A stretch of 64,000 bases of DNA from Octopus vulgaris (GCA_951406725.2 OX597816.1:151776001-151840000); one strand, 5' to 3'; positions 39,120 through 51,408 are shown, counted from the stretch's first letter. Notes: generated by a model from the sequence alone, not told the origin. Numbers and translations: made by a program.

Positions 39120-39420
39120 CTGCATCATTATCCATGGCCTTTTCAGTCCTCCACGCAGCGGACGCTGACTGAATGGCCCGTCTGACCAGCGGAATACGTC
39201 CTTTCCACAAAAAACGGAAGAACAAGCTCTCCATTCTAGTCAAACATGAAATAGAGGAAAATGGATGTGACATAGATATTCACTACCTCCGCCCGACCCT
39301 TCAAGGATAGTTTCCTCTCAGCCCATTTCTGAGTGAGACTAGTGACCCTAACCGAAGCAAACCAAACTCCGAACAATGTAACCGTCTGTTCAGTGCTGTT
39401 GGATGGCATAGTCCTGTTTC
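39120..39420 (-). mobile_element. L1/Tx1-clade LINE ORF2 fragment (post-RT)
   Basis: - strand KWAERKLSLKGRAEVVNI and MESLFFRFLWKGRIPLVRR. Confidence 0.7.
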
Positions 39421-39433
39421 CTAGGTATCAAAC

Positions 39434-39721
39434 TGTAAGCCTAACGACTAATTTTTGATTTCCGTATCACCCTTACAGCAGTGCCGATCACTTCGATGTG
39501 TTTGGTGCTCGACACAGTGATGTCGTCCACACGTAAACACTGATCTTCCGCAACCCAGTTTTCGCGGGATGCTTCTTGAAAGCGGTAACTTCTGCAGAAC
39601 CATAGAGACTGTATGTATAGAAGAGAAGAGAAGACAAACTTTTGACGGACCAGACACATGATACCAAATAATTCCGATTGGTAGTAATTAACTCTGACAA
39701 CTGAATAAACGTGGCTGTACA
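39434..39721 (+). mobile_element. Candidate solo LTR (288 bp)
   Basis: TGTAAGCC...GGCTGTACA imperfect terminal inverted repeat; AATAAA at 39704; CpG-rich; no TSD seen. Confidence 0.4.
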
Positions 39722-40859
39722 TTGCAGCTAGCCATCTTCTGAAAATGGGCCCTACTCCATCCGCCTTGAGAACAATATTGAAATTTGACCCTATTGACAG
39801 TGTAGCGAACTCTAGTGAATTTCATCTCTCTATTAAATACACATTCATACGAACGTAACAGGTAACAACTAACCGTTGGACGCTGTTTTGGACCCCGTTG
39901 TGTCAACCATTCAGATTGGTTGGTATTGGCGCAATTTGTCTCTTACTCTATCGCGTGCCAATATGCAATCCAACCAATCGCAGCCTCCAAATGAATCACG
40001 CGAGACAGTCAGTTCTAAACAAAATTTAAGCATACTGTTAGCTATATAAACTCACCTCCTTCTAGTCTCGAGGTCTGTTGGTTCTAGACCTTCTAAGGTC
40101 CAACCACTGACCACATTACAGCGACCCCCATCTTCATCGCCACCATCATGTCTCTCACTGGTGTCAACAATATCTCTACACAGCACCAACACACTGCACA
40201 GGTTCTAACATATCGCTGTTCGTGAGTTCCTCACCAGGGTTAACAGCAAACATACAACCCACGCAGATGCATGTAGATATATGAATAAATGTCCATCAAT
40301 CACTTCCATTCATCATTTAGTTTGTGTATATATACGTGTGGTTGGCATTAAAGACATTTAAAGTTACCACCTTATTCCATGTATTTCTTTATATAGTGTT
40401 CCTGTCAAATGCTATTACAGCCTTCTGAGTAGAGTCACATTTGATGGAATACAACCTATTCATCTAAAATTGTGACCCCGACGCAACATGGACATCTATC
40501 CATCTAAAACAGCTTTCGAATGATTTAAATTGATTAGGGCCCCACTAATGCCTGGCTTTTTACCTATGCCTTTTCTATAATGTATCGCATGAGGTGATGG
40601 TTGTCATAGACAGACCTATTTAGGATGGCACATCTGCACACTATACATCAACGACAAGAACATCAATAACAAGCGCCAGCTTTTTGGCTAACACTTACGC
40701 TAAAATCTTGAATTCTAAAATTATCGGATTCGTCAACCTTTCTCAACAGCACCGTTACACCACGGCTCTCAGGAATGGTAATTCACCTGTTACGCTGCTA
40801 GGTGAAGCAGACATTTACTAAGAGGTTACTGAACAAGTCTGGATTATGAAACTAAAGCT

Positions 40860-41450
40860 CGTAGGGCAGAGCATCCACCCTCGGCAACATCTCGTCCATG
40901 CAGCCAAAGTTTCTCGAATTTCATCAATTGTTATCGGGCTTTCGCAGAATTTTGCATCCCTATCCGAGATCCGCTGAAAGCCGACTCAATAAAGTTCATA
41001 TCCATCTATAACACGTCAGTTGTCCCGAACAGTTGAGTGAAGTGCTGCTGAAAAGTTGTAGTACACATCTGCTTCGAATCGAGTAACACGCACCATAATA
41101 ATGACTTTGTTTCTACATTGTGCCTCTACTACTCGGATCCATTGAACACCTTTCGTTCCTTTATATCTCAGAGCAGACATCCTAGCTCTGATAATGTAGC
41201 TTTTGTGATTTGTCTTGAAGAACTGGTCAAAGACCAGCCTCGCCGTGAGCTCGTCGGTCACGATCTAAGTCTCCTTACCTGGTTTCTAATTACAGCTCTC
41301 TCTGGTCTAGACTTCTCTATCATTATTTCCTCACTAAACCACTTCGTGCTCTCAAGCTGCCTCGCTCTGGTCACTTGTTCTGCGTTTGCTCATATATCTT
41401 TCAGGGCTCTTTCGACCTCGGTGTGTGTTCTGGTGCTTCTAGGCGTCATA
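40860..41450 (-). mobile_element. L1/Tx1-clade LINE ORF2 fragment (between endonuclease and RT)
   Basis: - strand YIIRARM and FCESPITIDEIRETL remnants. Confidence 0.55.
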
Positions 41451-41928
41451 CCGCGATACAGTACCGTTTCCCGGGCAGTTGCTGCTAAAACCTCGGTTGA
41501 GATTGCAACTTGAAATAACCTTCCGTTTACTTTTACAAGTTGTGACGCTGTGTCAGGCGTGCCTCCTCATTGCTAGGGAGAGCGAGAAATATTTCATTAA
41601 ATTCTCCACCATACCAGCAAAAGATTGGTTACACGTAGAGTCGCTTTTACCACTTTGCCGTCGTCGTCGTTAAAAATGTCGCCATTCCTACTGCCGACGT
41701 TGTCGTTACCATTGTTATCATTGTTGTTGTACCTGTGCTAATAATGCTTCTTGCACCCACTTTGGGCGGCTGCGGTATTAGAACGAAAGGAAGGATAATG
41801 TTCTCTAATGAAGATAGTCGTGGTAAGAACCATTCTTACGGTCATCTCATCTCTGAATCTGATATGTGTTACTGACTCTAAAGTTCCAAGTTCCAACAGA
41901 GAGAGAGGGGGAGAGAGAGAGAGAGGGG

Positions 41929-41962
<34 letters not shown>

Positions 41963-43129
41963 AAAGACGAGTGCAAATAAAATTATACAAAACTGGTGTC
42001 CTTTTGGGCACAATTTGACATCCCCTCTCTTTATGCAATGAAGTAGGAATTTATAAAATTTGTAACTGTTACCGTCATACATTACTTCAACGCCTCATTT
42101 GGAATCCAGTTCCTTCTGACTTGGATATTTTCCCCTCTCTTTTTTACTAGCACTGCACACTTATCTATTCCAAACTTCATACCAGTCTTGTCACTCACAA
42201 TTCTGTCTGGACCAATGAACCTAAAGCTTTCTCACTTCTGGCAAATAATTTTAGGTTATTCATAAACAGGAGATAATTTATTTTCTCATTACTGCTAAAT
42301 TCGCAGAATGACCTTTGTCTCTCTCAAAATTAACCTAAGAGGAATATGACCAACTGTATATAGCAGCAGCAAGAATGTACCACCTTCTAATATACCCTTT
42401 ATATGCTGACCACTTCTAACTTATCTCAACTTGATGTTAATTTAGTTTTCCATTTCGATATATTGTTTTGTAAGAGATGAACAACATTCTCAGCTATCCC
42501 AAATATATTGAAGCATTCTTGGGTGTGCCTTTTCTACACCCATCTTTTTTTCTTCTGGCAGTAGACCTCTCTTTTCAAAATATTTATACATATCCTTTAC
42601 AATAACACCTTTCAATAACATCAATGGAAGGTAGGTTATTGGTCGGTAGTTCCTTGCCATATTTCGTTTTTTAATTTTTAACTTTTTTTTTTATATATTT
42701 CATTATCAATATTGTATTTCGGGAACATTGCTTATTCCCGAAAGGATGTGCACTCATTCTCTCGCAAAGTGCAGAGAAATTTTTGAGCCAAATTCCTTGG
42801 ATCATTAAATATTAAATACTATTTAGACTGAACGTGTTTGTCATGATAAGCAAGATCAACGATAAGACGACAAAAAATAAAAAGAAGAAAAAGAAAAAAA
42901 AATACCCTAGAAGACGTAATTTAAAAAAAAATCCTTAAAAACACATTTTATGTGTCTAGATTTCTAAAAAAAAACAAAAACAAAAAAGCCTCGTGAGTAA
43001 ATTTGGTGGACGGAAACTATATGGAAGTCCATCGTACGCTTTTTCTTCAGATTACGCGCTGCCATCTTACAAAATGAACACATTGGCCATGAAAAAAAGT
43101 GAAATAATCAAGACTGGAATGCTTTTGAT

Positions 43130-44631
43130 GGTACTTGTCAATTGTCGTGGTCCCGGTTTTGCACGCGCGAATTCGCGCGCGCGCGCGCGCGCGTCAGACA
43201 TAGGTACTCGATACTCGAGATCCTACGAGGTGACTTGCGCATGCGCAGTGCAGAATTCGCGCGTGCGCGTTAACCCCCCCCCCTAAAAAAAAAAAGGTGT
43301 TGGATTTCACTAAAAATATATATGTGTGTGTGTGTGTGTATATATAACATTTTCAATTTTACACAAAAAAATTACATAGTCGCTTTCCTCGCGGATTTAC
43401 AGAGAAATGAATTAATTACTATTTTACAGAATAAAATTAATGAATTAATTATATAAATTAAATAATTCTTGAAAATTAATTAATATTAATAATATTTTTT
43501 GAACAAAGTAAATAATTTATAAAACTTGGTTAATAATTTTTTTTACACAAACGCGAACGTATATAATTTGTGAAACTTTTTTTTTTACAGACGTATATAA
43601 TTTGGTAAACTTAATGAATTAATTTCTTCTCATCATCATCATCGTTTAACGTCCGTTCTCCATGCCAGCATGGGTTGGACGGTTTGACCGGGATCTGGGA
43701 AGCCAGAAGGCTGCACCAGACTCCAGTCTTATCTGGCAATGTTTCTACAGCTGGATGCCCTTCCTAACGCCAACCACTCCGAGAGTGTAGTGGGTGCTTT
43801 TTACATGCCACCCGCACAGGTGCCAGGCGAGGCTGGCAACGGCCACGGTCGGATTGGTGCCAGTCGAGGCGGCTCTGGCATCGGCCACGATTCGGATAGT
43901 GCTTTTTATGTACCACCAGTCCAGGGGTCCTGGCATTTGCCGGGTGCCACACTTGCCCCAACATGTCTTCGCAAGCAAAGGGGGTTGGCATGGGTGCCTG
44001 TCGTGGGATGAGGTTCGATATCAACTTCGCTTGCCTCAACAGGTCTTTGTGTATAAATGTATAAATTTTTCGCACTAAATTCTTTCCGTAGAATTTATAA
44101 AAAAACGCGCAAAATTATTCCGTAGACTTTATCAAATTAAAAAACGCAAAATTAATATATTTTTTGAAATTGCAAATTATTTAGAATATAAAACAAATTA
44201 AGTTAAATTTTAAAAATAAATGTCATATACTTATACTCTGTAAGGTGCTGTGTTCACACTTCAATTTACTATTTTCTAGAAATGTTGCTTTTCTAATTGA
44301 AACAATTTTTCTCAATCTCCATTTAAAAGTCCATAATGCCTCTTGAGCCATATCAAAATGAACAACTTTGAATTACCCGGTGGTGGTGGTGGTGGTGTGA
44401 GGTTCTAATCTTTTTTCTGATCTCTCTTTGCCCCCTCTTTATCTCAGTTGTTCATTCAGCTAATATTTAGAAAAATTTTCGCGCCCAATTTTTGTTGTCG
44501 CGGGAAAAGATGAACGATTTAAAATAAATATATCTTAATTGTAGTGTGAGAAAGTATATATATTCTGATGACAAAATATATTATCTTTCAAAAACATCCC
44601 AAATTTATAGACTATATCGTGTAGGTTTAAG

Positions 44632-44664
<33 letters not shown>

Positions 44665-46032
44665 TATATATATATATACATATATAGTAGAGAATGAAAC
44701 ATCTTTCATCTGTCTCCCCACCACACCTCCATCTAGGGGGGGGGCAAAGAGAGATCAGAAAAAAAATTAGAACCTCACACCACCACCACCACCGGGTAAT
44801 TCAAAGTTGTTCATTTTGATATGGCTCAAGAGGCATTATGGACTTTTAAATGGAGATTGAGAAAAATTGTTTCAATTAGAAAAGCAACATTTCTAGAAAA
44901 TAGTAAATTGAAGTGTGAACACAGCACCTTACAGAGTATAAGTATATGACATTTATTTTTAAAATTTAACTTAATTTGTTTTATATTCTAAATAATTTGC
45001 AATTTCAAAAATATATTAATTTTGCGTTTTTTAATTTGATAAAGTCTACGGAATAATTTTGCGCGTTTTTTTATAAATTCTACGGAAAGAATTTAGTGCG
45101 AAAAATTTATACATTTATACACAAAGACCTGTTGAGGCAAGCGAAGTTGATATCGAACCTCATCCCACGACAGGCACCCATGCCAACCCCCTTTGCTTGC
45201 GAAGACATGTTGGGGCAAGTGTGGCACCCGGCAAATGCCAGGACCCCTGGACTGGTGGTACGTAAAAGCACTATCCGAATCGTGGCCGATGCCAGAGCCG
45301 CCTCGACTGGCACCAATCCGACCGTGGCCGTTGCCAGCCTCGCCTGGCACCTGTGCGGGTGGCATGTAAAAAGCACCCACTACACTCTCGGAGTGGTTGG
45401 CGTTAGGAAGGGCATCCAGCTGTAGAAACATTGCCAGATAAGACTGGAGTCTGGTGCAGCCTTCTGGCTTCCCAGATCCCCGGTCGAACCGTCCAACCCA
45501 TGCTGGCATGGAGAACGGACGTTAAACGATGATGATGATAAGAAATTAATTCATTAAGTTTACCAAATTATATACGTCTGTAAAAAAAAAAAGTTTCACA
45601 AATTATATACGTTCGCGTTTGTGTAAAAAAAATTATTAACCAAGTTTTATAAATTATTTACTTTGTTCAAAAAATATTATTAATATTAATTAATTTTCAA
45701 GAATTATTTAATTTATATAATTAATTCATTAATTTTATTCTGTAAAATAGTAATTAATTCATTTCTCTGTAAATCCGCGAGGAAAGCGACTATGTAATTT
45801 TTTTGTGTAAAATTGAAAATGTTATATATACACACACACACACACACATATATTTTTAGTGAAATCCAACACCTTTTTTTTTAGGGGGGGGGTTAACGCG
45901 CACGCGCGAATTCTGCACTGCGCATGCGCAAGTCACCTCGTAGGATCTCGAGTATCGAGTACCTACGTCTGACGCGCGCGCGCGCGCGAATTCGCGTGTG
46001 CAAAACCGGGACCACGACAATTGACAAGTACC
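43130..46032. mobile_element. Non-autonomous foldback DNA transposon (Merlin- or MULE-type), 2903 bp, ~1.3-kb arms
   Basis: arms 43130-~44436 and ~44735-46032 are near-perfect reverse complements; termini GGTACTTGTCAATTGTCGTGG; 9-bp TSD GCTTTTGAT at 43121-43129 and 46033-46041; ~300-bp noncoding spacer. Confidence 0.92.
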
Positions 46033-46631
46033 GCTTTTGATTATGGGTCAGCTCAATAAAACCTGATGTGGCGCTAAACAACAACATGCATCATACACAC
46101 ACATGGATACATGCATGCATGCATGTATGTATGTATGTATATATGTATGTATGTCTGCATGCATGCGCACAGACGTATCTGTGTTTGCGTTCACTTCTGC
46201 TGGACAACTAGTGTTTGTTTATTTACGCCCGTAACTTAGTGGTTCGGCAAAAGAGACACATAGAATAAATAACAGAGTTAAAAATGATACTGGGGTGACA
46301 TGTTCAACTAAACTCCTCGTGTCGGTGCCTCAGAATGGCTACAATCCAATGACTGAAGCAAGTAAAAGATAACAGATGAAGGATTTTTGAAAATCACGTA
46401 CAAAAGGAAATGAAACAAAATTGATTCGTATTTTCTTTGATAACTCGAACCACAAATGTCATTGTTATAGTTGGATAATCAACACGTATAGAAAAAAACT
46501 GCAAGATTTTAATGGAAGTTGGTTAATCAGATTTGAGAAATATTTGCGCCGAAGCGAGAATGAAACAAAATTTATAGTTGCTGAGTTATCTCCCTTACAT
46601 TCATAAAGCCTGTTTTTCCCCCAAGACATCT

Positions 46632-48184
46632 TCTTTATATATAAAAGTGAAGTTGTGTGAGTGTCTGTCTCCTACGATTTAGATTCCTAACTACCCCTAC
46701 ATTTTGCGGTGCAGTTTAACCAAAACCGGGTATCGTATAGTCGTGATTCATATCGAGCCCTTCTGGGTATTAGCGCGCGTCTACGATGAGTACGATTTAA
46801 AAAAGAATTTACCATCATTTTTTCCCATTTTTAATGCATTTTTTGCTATTATATAAGGGAAGTAACTCTCTAAAAATCCTTATATAGTTATTTCCTTTAC
46901 AAACCCGAGCAACGCCGGGCGATACTGCTAGTCTATATATATAAAAGTGAAGTTGTGTGAGTGTCTGTCTCCTACGATTTAGATTCCTAACTACTCCCAC
47001 ATTTTGCGGTGCAGTTTAACCAAATTCGGGTATCTTATAGTCGTGATTCATATCGAGCCCGTCTGGGTACTAGCACGCGTCTACGATTTTAAAAATAATT
47101 TACCATAATTTTTTTCCATTTTAACGCATATTTTTTAAATAAAGGGAAGGCAGCAGAGTTGGCATCCATGCTCACACCTGCACCTGTGTTGCTTCTCCCC
47201 CTTCTTCCCTCCCTCGTGAAGCTGTGGGGAAGGGAGTGTAAGGAAATCAACGTCGTAAAGCGTTGTCAAGGAGACCAGCGTTCTTTTAGAACAACGACTT
47301 CATGGCTTGAAGTCGCCAAAACAGAAATCGCTAAAAAAGGTGAAACAGATCCACAAAAACGGCAAAAACCGCCACACAGGGCAGGTTTCCTGTGCAAACA
47401 ATTTGCACAACCGAATGTTTTAGTTGTTGCACAAATCTTTATATATAAAAGTGAAGTTGTGTGTCTGTCTCCTACGATTTAGATTCCTAACTACTCCCAC
47501 ATTTTGCAGTGCAGTTTAACCCAAACCGGGTATCTTATAGTCGTGATTCATATCGAGCCCTTCTGGGTATTAGCGCGCGTCTACGATGAGTCTACGATTA
47601 AAAAAAAAATTTACCATCATTTTTTCCATTTTAATGTATTTTTTCGCTATTATATAAGGGAAGTAACTCTCTAAAAATGTCTACGATGAGTCAACGATTT
47701 AAAAAAAAAATACCATCATTTTTTATTCCATTTTTAATGCATTTTTTGCTATAACTCTCTAAAAATGCTTATATAGTTATTTCCCTTACAAACCCGAGCA
47801 ACGCCGGGCGATACTGCTAGTCTATATATATAGAAGTGAAGTTGTGTGAGTGTCTGTCTCCTACGATTTAGATTCCTAACTACTCCCACATTTTGCGGTG
47901 CAGTTTAACCAAAACCGGGTATCTTATAGTCGTGATTCATATCGAGCCCTTCTGGGTATTAGCGCGCGTCTACGATGAGTCTACGATTTTAAAAATAATT
48001 TACCATAATTTTTTTCCATTTTAAAGCATAGTTTTTTAATAAAGGGAGGTAACTCTCTAAAAATGTCTACGATGAGTCAACGATTAAAAAAAAAATTTAC
48101 CATAATTTTTTGGCTATAACTCTCTAAAAATGCTTTATAGTTATTTCCCTTACAAACCCGAGCAACGCCGGGCGATACTGCTAG
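46632..48184 (+). mobile_element. Tandem array of non-autonomous Helitron units (46632-46931, 46932-~47145 truncated, 47436-47820, 47821-48184)
   Basis: units start TC(T/A)TATATATA.AAGTGAAGTTG and end CCCGAGCAACGCCGGGCGATACTGCTAG; CTAG|TC junctions at 46931/2 and 47820/1. Confidence 0.88.
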
Positions 48185-48383
48185 TTAGTTATAAATTGTC
48201 TTACAAAAAACAGGCTTTATGTATATGTGGGAGTAGGGGTTGAGAGTATAGTTAGCTGTATATCCAATTTCGTTGCTCATGGATTTGAGAGATAAAGTAT
48301 CAATCTCAAACATCATATAGAGGATCTATTTGTTGTCTTCTTTACGCACAATTTTTTTCAAAGGGATATTCTTTTAGATATTT

Positions 48384-48421
<38 letters not shown>

Positions 48422-48633
48422 TACTCGAATTACCAAGAAAGCCTTTGTGCTGTCGTTCAACCTGCAAAAAATACCAAATTTTCCTCAAATTTCGCGCTGC
48501 CATCTTACAAAATGAACACACTGGCGATAAAAAAACAAAACAAAGAAACAAAAAAAAATGGTCATGAGGGGAACGCCTTTGATCATAGGTCTGCTCAATA
48601 AAAGCTGATATGAAACTAAACCACAGCATGCAC

Positions 48634-48666
<33 letters not shown>

Positions 48667-49440
48667 CTATATCATCATCATCATTATTCAACATCCATTT
48701 TCCATGGTTGTTTGGGTCAGACGGAATTGGTTGAGGGAGATTTTCTATGGATGGGTGCATATCCTGTCGCCATTTCCAAGTAAGGTCACATTTCTCCATA
48801 CCGAGAGATGTTTTTCACGAAAGTCTGGAAACCAGCATCATCATTTATGTCGGTGATGCCTGTTTACAATCATCACATGATGTCAAGGACAAGAGAATAC
48901 ACAGATACATATGCAAATATACAACGGGCTTCCTTCAGTTTCTAACCACCAAATCCGCTCAGCAGACAGCCCAGGGCTATAACAGAACATACTTACTCTT
49001 TGGTGACACCTTAGTGAAATGTATTCTACTATTGTTAATGTTTGACCAACTCCTTGGAGCAAAAATTGTTAGACGGAAGCTATACAGAAGGTAGACGGAA
49101 TCAAGAAAGGGCTTCTTCCAGCTAGAACGACTTGGTGAATGAATTTCTCTCCTTCTGTCTTTGTTTCTCTCAGCCGAAATTGTGAAGATAATCTGGTACT
49201 CGACTGAGAAAAAAAACTCTGAATGACTCGTCCTTGTTTTCTTTGTATCGTCTATCTGGATGTTTTGTTGTCCCATTTTGTATTATATATATATATATAT
49301 TACGGAGATGTACTCGCATAGCAAGTAATTTGATCTGAGATCGTGTGCTGAAACGAAAACAATTGCAGCGTGGAAGGTGTTTATAAGCCATTTAAGAAAC
49401 ACACAAAAGCCGTTCGATTCACTCCAACATTTAAGTTTAA

Positions 49441-49490
49441 TTTGTCAAAATATTTTCGTCGCTAAAATCCGCGACCTGTTCACTGACAAA
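49441..49490 (-). ncRNA. Minimal type I hammerhead ribozyme with G3-C8 core variant, in a ~205-bp element (49301-49506) flanked by (TA)n
   Basis: - strand: UUUGUCA [GUGAACA] G GUCGC-ggauuuua-GCGAC [GAAA] AUAU [UU] UGACAAA. Confidence 0.7.
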
Positions 49491-50499
49491 GTCCGTGCTG
49501 CATCTCTATATATATAGTGTGTGTGTGTGGAGGCGCAATGGCCCAGCGGTTGAGGCAGCGGACTCGCGGTTTTGATTTCTAGACCGGGCGCTGTGGATGT
49601 TTATTGAGCGAAAGCACTTAAAGCTCCACGGTAGGGAGTGGTGGCGAACCCTGCTGTACTCTTTCATCACAACTTTTTCTCACTCTTTCTTCCTGTTGTT
49701 CAAAGGGCCAGCATTGTCACACACTGTGTACACGTGCCTGTGGAGTGCTCAGATACATGCACGTTAATTTCACGAGCAGGTTGTTCCGTTGATCAGATCA
49801 ACTGGAACCCACGTCGTCGTAACCGACGGTGTGCCACGACAACGATATATAATAATGAAATTAGTGTGTATAGTGCTCAGGTGCACTACAACTCATCAAA
49901 GGTACATGTACAGTACATAGAATTATGTACAAAAGTCAGGAAAGTGAACAGTGTAAGAATCATGATATGCATACGTATGGATCGGGGATATCAGGTGTAG
50001 TGTTGGCAAATTTCAGGAAGCCTGGAGGTTTTAAAGGATGAATGTATGTGTGTGTGTATAGGTCGGTTGTCCATAAGTCTGAAAAAAGCATACTAAAATG
50101 TTTTTGTGTTTGATCAGTAATATTTTATGTAGTCGTTTGGTATGGCCGGTCAGATAGTTATCATTAGTCTCAGGTCTACTGTTGCATTTAGCAATATAGA
50201 CGAGATGTTAGACTTCCTGACCGGAGGTACATAATCTCTTTACATCAGCTTGGTGACAAAATCCCTGTACAGAATTTGTTTAAAGCAAAAATCCCTATTG
50301 GGGGAGACGAAGTTACCTCCCTTTGAACAGTTCTAGTTGTGTTCAAAAACGGGTCAGTTTTCGCACATTTCCTTCGGTTGAGGAGGAGCGTCATTTGGGA
50401 GGGAATGGGATATAATTTGTACAATACTGCTCTCAGGTGCGACTGAAAATGCAGTGGGAAGAATGCTTGATGTGTCGAGTAGAGAGGAGGAGGAAAAAC

Positions 50500-50695
50500 A
50501 GGGTGGGTCTTCTTGAGCACAGTGAAATACCAATCATCCTTTGTTATCTCCTCCGTAAGGTACAACATCTTGAGATCAGCTTTCAATACTTCATACCATG
50601 TCTTCACGGGTCTCCCTCTTTCACAAGTTCCATCCTATTTAAGTGATTGGCACTTCTTTATGCAACTGTCCATACCCATTCACATCACAAGATGA
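50500..50695 (-). mobile_element. RTE LINE 3' ORF fragment
   Basis: - strand RGRPVKTWYEVLKADL, typical RTE C-terminus. Confidence 0.6.
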
Positions 50696-50735
50696 AACAA
50701 GTGCATTTTTCTAGCATATATGCAAATGTATAAAA

Positions 50736-50787
<52 letters not shown>

Positions 50788-50835
50788 CACATGTATATAT
50801 TGGTGATGATATATATATATATATATATATATATA

Positions 50836-51057
50836 CAGTAATTCCTCGACTGTCGCAGGTGTTACGTTTCAAAACATCCCACGGTAGGTGAAAATCCGTG
50901 AAGTAGAAACAGTACTGTACTGCATATTTTAAAAATTATTTTTATAATTTGTATATATTTATTTTATTATAAATGCAAAACAACACCACAGAGGAATCGA
51001 CATAAGCTTAAATAATAAACTATGATAGGTGAACCACAATATGTTGAGGGATTACTA
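50836..51057. mobile_element. pogo/Tigger-like MITE
   Basis: TA|CAGTAATTCCTCGAC ... GTTGAGGGATTACTA imperfect TIRs; subterminal TAGGTGAA repeats; inserted in (TA)n. Confidence 0.6.
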
Positions 51058-51094
51058 CATACATAAAATAATATATATATATATACATGTATAT

Positions 51095-51408
51095 ATATCA
51101 TCATCATCATCGTTTAATGTCTGCTTTCCATGCTAGCATGGGTTGGACGATTTGACTGAGGTCTGGCAAACCAGATGGCTGCACCAGACTCCAATCTGAT
51201 CTGGCAGTGTTTCTACAGCTGGATGCCTTTCCTAACGCCAACCACTTCGAGAATGTAGTGGGTGCTTTTACATGCCATCGGCACGAGGGCCAGTCAGGCG
51301 GTACTGGCAACGGCCATGCTCAAATGGTGCTTTTTATGTTCCACCTGCACAGGAGCCAGTCCAGCAGCACTGACAACGACCTCGCTCGAATGTCTTTTCA
51401 CATGCCAC

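Noticed and set aside
41744-41822. CGIRTKGRIMFS as a trypsin-type activation motif
   Set aside because: Lacks IVGG and no protease exons were found downstream; kept only as an unassigned exon candidate
43739-45509. Mirror-image ORFs in the foldback arms as a possible transposase
   Set aside because: They are chance frames through the embedded retroposon; no DDE or DNA-binding motifs
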